The notes beneath the pieces were generated by a model, which saw only the letters and a program-made list of their open reading frames with translations, had not been told where the DNA came from and made no database searches. Positions 5,774 through 13,016 of a DNA stretch of 16,046 bases are shown here, piece by piece. Numbering within the stretch: position 1 is the stretch's first letter; each line of letters opens with the position of its first letter. The position numbers and the translations under genes were made by a program. The stretch comes from an uncultured Planctomycetia bacterium (lineage in GTDB: Bacteria > Omnitrophota > Gorgyraeia > JAFGHF01), in the NCBI GenBank assembly GCA_964514265.1, contig CAZEQA010000013.1, positions 1-16,046 of the forward strand, in the 5' to 3' direction.

Positions 5774-7447
5774 ATGATGAAAAAGCTAATAGCTGAATTA
5801 ATTCTATTAGGATTATTAATAACTGCCGTATATATGGTAGTTAAGCCCAAGGGTCCGGGGGAAGGTCTTTTTTCTGCAAAGAGTTCTACCGAAGAGCAGA
5901 AATCCGGGGAAACGGTAGTAGTATATTTTAAGAATGGAAATACACTTATAGGAGAACTGCTGGAGAAAACAGAAGATAGATATTATGTCAGATGGAAAGG
6001 CGAAGAAATTATTGTCTATGCCGAGCAAGTAGAGCGTATAGGTGGCCAAGAAGAAATAGCGAAGGAAAAACGCATTCTTTCGGACGAGGAGATATCTAAC
6101 TGGTGGCCTTATGAAAACGATATTGTAATAAGATTGACCAATAGAATGGTTTGCGATGCCAGGATTACCCGGGCAGGAAAAGACAAACTCACCCTCTTAT
6201 ATCTTACAGAAGGTCAAGGACGTATTGAACAGGATATTGAGCGCTCAAAGGTTGAATACCTTATTTTTAAGCCTATGGATAACGACCAGAGCAAACGAAT
6301 AGAAAACTCACTTAGGGAAATGTTCCCGGAGATGAAGTTTTACAAAGAAGGGAATTTTACTATTGTAACTGATTCCTATCTTAGCTGGGTTAAAGAGTAT
6401 AGAAAGACATTAAGAGAGACCTATACAAATGTCTACCTTAAATTTTTTAATCTTTTCAAAGATAGGAAACCGCAAACCCAGAATTTTATCGTAATATTTG
6501 ACGACTTCGCCGATTTTGTGGAATATGCAATAGCAGACGGGGTGCCCGGTTGGGCAGTTGCCGGTTACTTCAGTCCGGATGAAGAGGTGCTTTATCTTTT
6601 TAATGTATTAGGGGATAAATTCTCCGAGATTCTATTTGAAGCAATGGTCGGGGAAAGCGGAAGAACGATTAATGATATAGTAGATAAAGTCGAAGAGCAT
6701 GTCGATGAGAGATACCATATCTTTATTAAAGGCCAGGCCAAGAGGATTAAAGATAAATTCTGGAATGCCTATAGTTACTATAAAGGTATTTTTAGAGAAG
6801 CAACAATGGGTACATTGAGACACGAGTTTACTCATGAACTTTTTCATAACTGGGGTTTGCAAAATATAGATTTATCAAAGGTTAAGACAGACAGAGAGGA
6901 ACTTATAAAAAGGAAGAAGGAGATCTTTGAGACAGAGGATTATAAGAAAAAGGCAAAACTGATCAAGGCCTTGATTTCTTTAAGAGGTGAGTCGCTCGAT
7001 ATGCAAGCGGCAAATTCATGGCTTGCCGAAGGCACAGCCACATATTGCGAAACCGACCCGCCGGGCAGCCGGAATAATAGATGGCTATTTATTTATCAAG
7101 AGATGCTCAAAGAAGGATCAGTCTATCCCTTAGAATCTTTGACATACTATAAGATAGGAAGTTTCCCTGGGGTTTGCCCAAAGGCCATGTTGCAACTATA
7201 TGCCCAGAGCTGGGCATATGTTACTTTTTTGATGGAAAAATACCCGGAGCAATTTATGGACTACCAAAAAAGGATGGCCAAAGATTTAACCCAGGAGCAT
7301 GAGGATATAGATTGGCTCCTGGAAGAGTTGGGCAAAGATTTAAGAACCGTAGAGAAGGAATTTGTAGAGTATATGAATACATACGAACAGGTGGACGACC
7401 CTTACGTAAGCAGCTTTGTTAAACTATATGATATTTTCCGAGAGTAA
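5774..7447 (+). CDS. Membrane-anchored hypothetical protein with an HExxH...E motif. Putative zinc metallopeptidase, possibly peptidase-MA-like.
   Basis: The track ORF starts at 5729 but overlaps the tRNA. The in-frame ATGATG at 5774 gives MMKKLIAELILLGLLITAVYMVV, an N-terminal TM anchor. The C-terminal half carries LRHEFTHELFHNWG (HExxH) and, about 70 aa later, WLAEGTATYCE. This resembles the gluzincin-type third-ligand region (EGxAxY) of MA-clan-like domains. Confidence 0.5.
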   Translation: MMKKLIAELILLGLLITAVYMVVKPKGPGEGLFSAKSSTEEQKSGETVVVYFKNGNTLIGELLEKTEDRYYVRWKGEEIIVYAEQVERIGGQEEIAKEKRILSDEEISNWWPYENDIVIRLTNRMVCDARITRAGKDKLTLLYLTEGQGRIEQDIERSKVEYLIFKPMDNDQSKRIENSLREMFPEMKFYKEGNFTIVTDSYLSWVKEYRKTLRETYTNVYLKFFNLFKDRKPQTQNFIVIFDDFADFVEYAIADGVPGWAVAGYFSPDEEVLYLFNVLGDKFSEILFEAMVGESGRTINDIVDKVEEHVDERYHIFIKGQAKRIKDKFWNAYSYYKGIFREATMGTLRHEFTHELFHNWGLQNIDLSKVKTDREELIKRKKEIFETEDYKKKAKLIKALISLRGESLDMQAANSWLAEGTATYCETDPPGSRNNRWLFIYQEMLKEGSVYPLESLTYYKIGSFPGVCPKAMLQLYAQSWAYVTFLMEKYPEQFMDYQKRMAKDLTQEHEDIDWLLEELGKDLRTVEKEFVEYMNTYEQVDDPYVSSFVKLYDIFRE

Positions 7448-7450
7448 CCT

Positions 7451-7477
7451 TCCCCCTTGGGATCCTCCCCCTTGGGA
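7451..7477 (+). repeat. Direct repeat TCCCCCTTGGGA x2 in the intergenic region before tadA.
   Basis: TCCCCCTTGGGA at 7451-7462 and 7466-7477. It is followed by small hairpins TCCTTC..GAAGGA (about 7484-7517) and GGACA..TGTCC (7512-7540), then a C7T4 run, and the palindrome GTTC-GG-GAAC (7525-7534). Confidence 0.4.
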
Positions 7478-7586
7478 CCGTTTCCTCCTTCTACGATTGG
7501 AAAATCCGGAAGGACAAGCAAATTGTTCGGGAACCTGTCCCCCCCTTTTGAGAGAGAGGTAGCTGTTATGTCGGCAGAGTACATTT

Positions 7587-8051
7587 ATGAAGATAGATGA
7601 AGTATATATGTCCGAGGCCTTAAAGGAGGCCAGAAGGGCGTTTGATTCAGATGAAGTTGCCGTTGGTGCAATAATCGTATATAAGCGCAAAATCATTGCC
7701 CGCGCCCATAATCAGACAAGACGGCTTTGCGATCCCACTGCCCATGCCGAGATGATTGCCCTTACCCAGGCGGCGAATTTCTTAAAGAGTGAACGGTTGC
7801 TAAGCTGCACACTTTATGTTACAATAGAACCTTGCCCTATGTGCGCGGGGGCTGTTGTGTGGGCCAGAATTAAGCGCCTGGTTTTTGGCGCAGCTGACCC
7901 CAAGGTCGGTGCCTGCGGCTCAGTAATGGATATCTTAGGCCAACGACAGCTGAATCATCGAGTCAGTGTCACTAAAGGCGTTCTAGCTGAAGAGTGCGCT
8001 GCCTTAATCAGCGCCTTCTTCCAAAAACAGCGTTCTTTAGGTAAAAAGTAG
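7587..8051 (+). CDS. tadA: tRNA-specific adenosine deaminase TadA.
   Basis: CMP/dCMP-deaminase zinc-binding signatures HAEMIAL and PCPMCAGA are present, plus a TadA-like N-terminus (YMSEALKEARRAFDSDEVAVGAIIV). The start may instead be the in-frame ATG at 7608. Confidence 0.85.
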   Translation: MKIDEVYMSEALKEARRAFDSDEVAVGAIIVYKRKIIARAHNQTRRLCDPTAHAEMIALTQAANFLKSERLLSCTLYVTIEPCPMCAGAVVWARIKRLVFGAADPKVGACGSVMDILGQRQLNHRVSVTKGVLAEECAALISAFFQKQRSLGKK

Positions 8052-8054
8052 AGC

Positions 8055-8090
8055 TTTCTAAGGTTCTTCGCCCCTTCAGGGCTCAGGACC
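8055..8090 (+). repeat. Degenerate tandem copy of the tRNA-leader hairpin element.
   Basis: TTTCTAAGGTTCTTCG..AGGACC shares the TTTCTAAGGTyCTTCG head with the copy at 8116-8131. It has an inverted repeat GGTTCT..AGGACC with a nested GCCC..GGGC. Confidence 0.45.
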
Positions 8091-8121
8091 AAAATTTCAA
8101 AATGTAATAGAAATATTTCTA

Positions 8122-8165
8122 AGGTCCTTCGAAACGTAAGAGCCAGAGGACCGATTTGTATCCTG
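8122..8165 (+). repeat. Conserved hairpin-containing leader element upstream of tRNA-Ser (copy 2).
   Basis: AGGTCCTTCG-aaac-GTAAGAGC-c-AGAGGACCGATTTGTA-t-CCTG. It matches 1325-1368 at nearly every position outside the 4-nt variable loop segment, with the same 17-nt distance to the tRNA 5' end. Confidence 0.6.
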
Positions 8166-8181
8166 TGAAACTCTGCAAATC

Positions 8182-8275
8182 GGAGAGGTGCCTGAGTGGT
8201 TGAAAGGAGCCGCCTGCTAAGCGGTTGATCTGGATTATACCGGATCCTCGGGTTCGAATCCCGGCCTCTCCGCCA
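8182..8275 (+). tRNA. tRNA-Ser(GCT), class II with a long variable arm. CCA is genomically encoded.
   Basis: Acceptor GGAGAGG/CCTCTCC, D-arm like E. coli tRNA-Ser(GCU) (TGCCTGAGTGGTTGAAAGGA), anticodon stem GCCGC/GCGGT with loop CTGCTAA (anticodon GCT), variable-arm stem GATCTGG/CCGGATC, T-arm TCGGG-TTCGAAT-CCCGG, discriminator G then CCA (8273-8275). Confidence 0.85.
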
Positions 8276-8297
8276 AACTTCGCGAAGCGAAGTTTGG
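8273..8297 (+). terminator. Perfect 11-bp hairpin immediately after tRNA-Ser(GCT). Putative terminator or processing hairpin.
   Basis: CCAAACTTCGC-GAA-GCGAAGTTTGG. The stem begins with the tRNA CCA. It is followed by TATTGAGG, with no strong U-tract. Confidence 0.45.
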
Positions 8298-8366
8298 TAT
8301 TGAGGCAGCGTTAAAAATGCGAGCAGGTGCAAGCATTTTAGCTGCCGAAATACCTATTAAACAATT

Positions 8367-10217
8367 ATGGAAGAGAAGTTAAGAAAGGGACTGGGGCTTC
8401 TGGATGTCTTTTGCATTGCCTCGGGGGCAATGATTAGCTCGGGGCTATTTATTTTGCCTGGCATTGCAACAGCTAAGGTGGGGCCGGCCTTGTTCCTTTC
8501 CTACATTCTGGCCAGTCTTATTGCTGTGCCCACAGTGTTTAGTAAGGCCGAACTGGTTACCGCGATGCCCAAAGCTGGGGGCGACTATTTTTATATCTCA
8601 AGGAGTATGGGTTCTGTTGCCGGAGTTATTGGTGGTTTGAGCAGCTGGTTTTCCCTAAGCCTGAAGGCAAGTTTTGCACTAATTGGTATGGCTGCTTATG
8701 TAAAATTAATTACTCCTTTCGGTATAAAGGCAGCGGCCCTGGGCCTATGCCTGGTTTTTGTAGCGCTTAATCTCATCGGCATCAAGCAGGCAGCCAGGAC
8801 TCAGGTTATTTTGGTTTTGGGGTTATTAGCGGCTCTTCTGTTTTATATCTTTTTAGGGTTTCCCTCTATCCACCTTGAGAGATATACCCCCTTTGTGCCT
8901 TTTGGCCTTGGTTCAGTTTTTGCTACTGCCGGTTTTATATTTATCTCTTACGGAGGGTTGACCAAGATTGCCAGTATCGCCGAGGAGATAAAGAATCCGG
9001 CACGCAATATCCCTTTAGGGATGATTCTTTCTCTTGTTTCTGTGGGTATAGTTTATGCCCTGGTTGCCTTTGTTACTACGGGGTTACTTACCCAGGACAA
9101 ACTTCAATATAGCCTGACTCCTATTTCCGATGCAGCCCGCAGTTTCTCAGGCACTTCGGGCCTGGTAATTATGGCGATAGCGGCCATTTTGGCCTTTGTC
9201 TCTACTGCTAATGCCGGCATCATCTCGGCATCGCGTTATCCTTTAGCCATGGCAAGGGACAGGCTTCTTCCCAGATTTTTTGAAAGAATAAACACAAGGT
9301 TTGCCACGCCCCACTATTCTATACTTTTTACCGGGGCATTTATGCTGGCGGCAATATTATTTTTAAAATTGGAATTGTTGGTTAAGGTTGCTTCGGAATT
9401 ATTAATCCTGCTTTTTATATTTACCAATATTGCCGTAATTATTATGCGCGAGAGCAAACTGCAAAATTATCAACCAAAGTTTCGTTCTCCTCTTTATCCG
9501 GGAATGCAAATATTAGGGATTATGGGATGTGGATTCTTGCTTGCGGAGATGGGACGGCTTATCCTGTTCTTAAGCGGCCTGCTTATTGGCGTAGGCCTGG
9601 TTTGGTATCTGGTTTATGCGGGCACAAGAGCGAGAAGAGAATTTGGATTAATCCACATTATTGAGCGCATTGCCAATAAAGAATTGACTTCGGGCCAGCT
9701 GGCAAAGGAGTTAAAAGGAATTATTAGAGAGCGGGATGAGATTGTTGAAGATAGATTTGACCATTTAATCAAAGAAAGTGCGGTCTTGGATTTAGAAGGG
9801 CCTTTGTCCAGGGATGAATTCTTTAAAGAAGCAAGTAGCTTTCTCAGCGAAAGATTAGAACTGGAACCTAAAGAATTAACTGACTTGTTTATTCGCAGAG
9901 AGAAAGAGTCTACTACGGTAATCAGGCCGGGGCTGGCCATTCCCCATCTTATTATTGAAGGAAGGCGTAAGTTTACAATCCTTTTGGCCCGAGCCAAGCA
10001 AGGAGTTATCTTTTCTGGGGCTAGTTCGCCTGTACATGCTGTATTTGTGCTTGTCGGTACTCGCGACGAACGCAATTTCCACCTGCGCGCTTTAGCGGCC
10101 ATTGCCCAGATTGCCCAGGGTGAAGGTTTTGATAAGAAATGGCTTAGTGCGCGCAATAGTGAGGCGTTAAGAGATATTGTTTTATTGGCGGAAAGAAAAC
10201 GCTTTGGAGGAAGATAG
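8367..10217 (+). CDS. APC-superfamily amino-acid permease fused to a C-terminal PTS EIIA type-2 (EIIA-Ntr/PtsN-like) regulatory domain.
   Basis: Residues about 1-430 are 12-TM permease sequence (FCIASGAMISSGLFILPG..., GGDYFYISRSMG). After a cytoplasmic linker, the C-terminal 150 aa contain the PTS EIIA-2 phosphorylation-site signature G-[LIV]-A-[LIV]-P-H as RPGLAIPHLIIEG. PtsN and MtlA-IIA have GIAIPH at this position. Confidence 0.75.
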   Translation: MEEKLRKGLGLLDVFCIASGAMISSGLFILPGIATAKVGPALFLSYILASLIAVPTVFSKAELVTAMPKAGGDYFYISRSMGSVAGVIGGLSSWFSLSLKASFALIGMAAYVKLITPFGIKAAALGLCLVFVALNLIGIKQAARTQVILVLGLLAALLFYIFLGFPSIHLERYTPFVPFGLGSVFATAGFIFISYGGLTKIASIAEEIKNPARNIPLGMILSLVSVGIVYALVAFVTTGLLTQDKLQYSLTPISDAARSFSGTSGLVIMAIAAILAFVSTANAGIISASRYPLAMARDRLLPRFFERINTRFATPHYSILFTGAFMLAAILFLKLELLVKVASELLILLFIFTNIAVIIMRESKLQNYQPKFRSPLYPGMQILGIMGCGFLLAEMGRLILFLSGLLIGVGLVWYLVYAGTRARREFGLIHIIERIANKELTSGQLAKELKGIIRERDEIVEDRFDHLIKESAVLDLEGPLSRDEFFKEASSFLSERLELEPKELTDLFIRREKESTTVIRPGLAIPHLIIEGRRKFTILLARAKQGVIFSGASSPVHAVFVLVGTRDERNFHLRALAAIAQIAQGEGFDKKWLSARNSEALRDIVLLAERKRFGGR

Positions 10218-10222
10218 GGGAG

Positions 10223-11308
10223 ATGATGGTGGGGCTCTGGTTAAAGTTTATCATCGCGGCAGCAATTGTGGTATTTTCCGGATACCGGCTTTGTATCTAT
10301 GCGGAAAAGATTGCCCAAATCACAAAGATCGACCGCACTTTTATTGGTCTTATCCTTCTGGCGGTGGTTACATCTTTGCCGGAATTAGCCGTGGCTATCA
10401 GCGCTACTAAGATAGGCGCTTTAGATTTGGCCGTGGGGGATCTTTTTGGCAGCAACCTCTTTAATCTGACTATCGTGGGAATTATCTGGCTTGTCTTTAT
10501 GAAAAGACCTAAACTCTTGTCTTTTGAGTCTACGCATTTTATGAGTGCAGGAATAAGTATTTTACTGATTGCCCTGGCAGCAATGGGTATTGTCTTTTAC
10601 AATTTAGTTAGTGCGGGAGCCGGCTATTCCAATTTCCTTGTTGATGTAGAGTCAGCATTAATTTTAGTTATCTATATCGTTGGGGTGTATCTTGTCTTTT
10701 ATAGTGAGAAGGGTAAGGTTACTCAATATGCGGCAAAACCCGGCGGGCGTTCCCCTTCGCTAAAGCTTCGGGGAACAGCCCTCCGAAGCCTTGGCGAAGG
10801 AGGGCGCGGACAGTCTGCAAGAGCCTGGTCGAAATTCTTGCTTTACTCTATTATTTTGGTAGGCTCGGCGATTTATCTTTCTGGCTTGGGCGATAGAATT
10901 GCCCGGATACCTGTGGGAGGCGTAGCCTTAGGCGGCACTTTTGTCGGCAGTCTGTTTGTTGCTGTAACTACATCTTTACCTGAGATGGCCGTAGCTCTTT
11001 CAGCAGTAAAGCTGGGGTTTATAGATATGGCCCTGGGCGACATCTTTGGCAGCAATATGTTTAATATGGCGATTATTTCTATTGCGGATTTATGTTTGGG
11101 AAGAAGGATTATTTTATCCGCTATATCCGGTGAGCATCTGTTTACTGTGCTTTTTGTGCTTATTTCCACTGCGCTTGTTTTGGCTAGCCTTGTTTATCGC
11201 AGCAAAAGGAAAGCCCCTGCTTTAGCCTGGGATTCGGTGAGTATACTTTTTGTTTTTGTTCTGGCTAATCTAGTTAATTATTTCTTGAGATATCTGAAGG
11301 TGCAATGA
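10223..11308 (+). CDS. Ca2+/cation antiporter (CaCA family; YrbG/NCX-like) with two alpha-repeats.
   Basis: Duplicated alpha-repeat signatures VTSLPELAVAISATKIGALDLAVGDLFGSNLFNL and TTSLPEMAVALSAVKLGFIDMALGDIFGSNMFNM. About 10 TM helices. The stop overlaps the dnaX ATG. Confidence 0.8.
   Translation: MMVGLWLKFIIAAAIVVFSGYRLCIYAEKIAQITKIDRTFIGLILLAVVTSLPELAVAISATKIGALDLAVGDLFGSNLFNLTIVGIIWLVFMKRPKLLSFESTHFMSAGISILLIALAAMGIVFYNLVSAGAGYSNFLVDVESALILVIYIVGVYLVFYSEKGKVTQYAAKPGGRSPSLKLRGTALRSLGEGGRGQSARAWSKFLLYSIILVGSAIYLSGLGDRIARIPVGGVALGGTFVGSLFVAVTTSLPEMAVALSAVKLGFIDMALGDIFGSNMFNMAIISIADLCLGRRIILSAISGEHLFTVLFVLISTALVLASLVYRSKRKAPALAWDSVSILFVFVLANLVNYFLRYLKVQ
10749..10805 (+). repeat. GC-rich double-hairpin segment embedded in frame in the central cytoplasmic loop of the CaCA gene.
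   Basis: GTTCCCC-n14-GGGGAAC (10749-10776) is followed by GCCCTCC-GAA-GCC-TT-GGC-GAA-GGAGGGC (10778-10805). Local GC is far above the surrounding gene. It encodes the low-complexity stretch KPGGRSPSLKLRGTALRSLGEGGRGQ. Confidence 0.45.
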
Positions 11309-12999
11309 GTTATCTTGTCTTTGCCCGCAAATGGCGACCGCAAAATTTTGATCAAGTAATTGGTCAGGGGCATATCGCCACCACATTAAAGAATGCGATT
11401 TCCCTTAAGCGCGTGGCCCACGCCTACTTATTTAGCGGGCCCCGGGGAATTGGCAAGACCTCCACGGCAAGAATCCTGGCCAAGGCCTTAAATTGCGCAA
11501 AAGGCCCTGCCCCCGAGCCTTGCAACGTCTGTGAGTTCTGCAGTGAGATTTCTGAAGGTCGAAGCCTCGATGTGATGGAGATAGATGGTGCATCCAACCG
11601 GGGCATTGAACAAATCAGACAATTAAGGGAAAATGTTAAATTTTCCCCGGCAAAGAGCCGCTTTAAGATTTATATAATTGATGAGGTGCACCAGATTACT
11701 ACTGATGGATTTAATGCCCTTTTGAAAACTCTGGAGGAGCCGCCTGCACATGTAAAGTTTATCTTCGCCACCACGCAGGCACATAAGGTCTTGCCGACTA
11801 TTCTTTCGCGTTGTCAGCGCTTTGACTTTAGGCCCCTGGCTACTTCTTCTATTGTAGATAAGCTTAAGCGGATAACCAAAGCGGAGAAGTTAGATGTCGG
11901 CGAGGATGTGCTTCTTTACGTTGCCCGGGCGGCGGGGGGGAGTATGCGCGATGCCGAGTCCATTCTGGACCAGGTAACTTCTTTTTGCAGAGGCAAAGTA
12001 GATTTAGAGACGGTTACCTCTATGCTGGGAATGATTGGCCTGGAGGCCCTTTGGGAAATTTCCCAGAAGATAATTGAGCGAAATACGGCTGAGGCGCTTA
12101 TTCTGGTGGAAAGGATTATTAATGAAGGTAAAGGCCTTTACCAATTTATCCTGGGTCTTATGGAGTATTTTCGTCATATTTTGATTGCCAAGATAGTCAG
12201 CGGCGAGAATGCGCGCAGCCTGATTGATTTGCCGCAGGATTCTCTGCGGCGCATTGCTGAACAGGCCAAAGGCCTAACTTTTGAGGAACTATTTTACATA
12301 TTTAATATTTTAGTCCGGGCTCAAGAAAATTTAAGAAGGGCCCTGTCCTCTCGGGTGGTTGTGGAGATGGCTATTGTTAAGTTGACCCAGAGAGAAAACC
12401 TTTCTTCTTTGGAGAATATTTTGGCTAGACTTACAGATTTAGAGCAAAGGCTTTCTTCGCGTCATTGCGAGGAGCCCCGCAAGCCCGTTTCTGGCGACGA
12501 AGCAACCTCAAAAGCGGAGATTGTTTCCTCCAACGCTTGCGCTTCGCAGGACAACTCGGCCGCTTCGCTCCCTCGCCCCGTTAGAAGTCAAAGACTTTCT
12601 AACGGGGCGAGCAATGGCAACAGCGACATTATTGAACATTCTAGCTGGCTGGATTTATTAGAAGCCATAAAAGAAGAGAAGATGTTTGTGGCTACTTCTC
12701 TGGAACTGGGGAAGGCAGTTGCCTTAAAAGAGAAGGTCCTAACCATTGCCTTTCCGGAAGAATATAATTTTTATAAAGAGACCTTAGAACACCAAGAAAA
12801 TAAAAAGGTAATTGAGGCCAAGGCCAAAGAGATATTCCGGCGCGATTTAAGGGTAGAATTTATTTTAGACAAAAATTTACAGCCAGTAAGTTCTGAAGAT
12901 AGACAGAAGCCTAAAGATACCCATGGGAAAAAGACATTTGCTGAGCCCCTTATCCAATCCGCACTGAAGATATTTCAAGGCCGGATTGTAAAAAAATAA
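11305..12999 (+). CDS. dnaX: DNA polymerase III subunit gamma/tau.
   Basis: N-terminal clamp-loader AAA+ motifs (WRPQNFDQVIGQ, GPRGIGKTSTARILAKALNC, zinc module CNVCEFC, Walker B IYIIDEVH, SRC motif SRCQRF). 564 aa. Confidence 0.9.
   Translation: MSYLVFARKWRPQNFDQVIGQGHIATTLKNAISLKRVAHAYLFSGPRGIGKTSTARILAKALNCAKGPAPEPCNVCEFCSEISEGRSLDVMEIDGASNRGIEQIRQLRENVKFSPAKSRFKIYIIDEVHQITTDGFNALLKTLEEPPAHVKFIFATTQAHKVLPTILSRCQRFDFRPLATSSIVDKLKRITKAEKLDVGEDVLLYVARAAGGSMRDAESILDQVTSFCRGKVDLETVTSMLGMIGLEALWEISQKIIERNTAEALILVERIINEGKGLYQFILGLMEYFRHILIAKIVSGENARSLIDLPQDSLRRIAEQAKGLTFEELFYIFNILVRAQENLRRALSSRVVVEMAIVKLTQRENLSSLENILARLTDLEQRLSSRHCEEPRKPVSGDEATSKAEIVSSNACASQDNSAASLPRPVRSQRLSNGASNGNSDIIEHSSWLDLLEAIKEEKMFVATSLELGKAVALKEKVLTIAFPEEYNFYKETLEHQENKKVIEAKAKEIFRRDLRVEFILDKNLQPVSSEDRQKPKDTHGKKTFAEPLIQSALKIFQGRIVKK
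12573..12610 (+). repeat. Near-perfect 13-bp stem hairpin inside the dnaX coding sequence, in the linker region.
   Basis: TCGCCCCGTTAGA (12573-12585) pairs with TCTAACGGGGCGA (12598-12610). The loop is about 12 nt and two more pairs form with one bulged T. It lies in a GC-rich low-complexity linker (..SLPRPVRSQRLSNGASNGN..) at codons about 423-435. Confidence 0.5.
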
Positions 13000-13016
13000 A
13001 GTACAAAATAGATACA

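Noticed and set aside
7955-8332. 125-aa minus-strand ORF.
   Set aside because: It overlaps the tRNA-Ser(GCT) gene and its conserved leader element completely and reads through the antisense strand of the tadA 3' end. It is a shadow ORF with no start context.
10177-10410. 77-aa + strand ORF overlapping the permease 3' end and the CaCA 5' end.
   Set aside because: It is out of frame with respect to two well-supported genes and has no start context. It is a shadow ORF.
12922-12933. Possible -1 frameshift heptamer G GGA AAA AAG near the 3' end of dnaX.
   Set aside because: It is not X XXY YYZ, since the first base is G and not A. It lies only about 25 codons before the natural stop and has no downstream stimulatory structure, so it cannot generate a gamma-like product.
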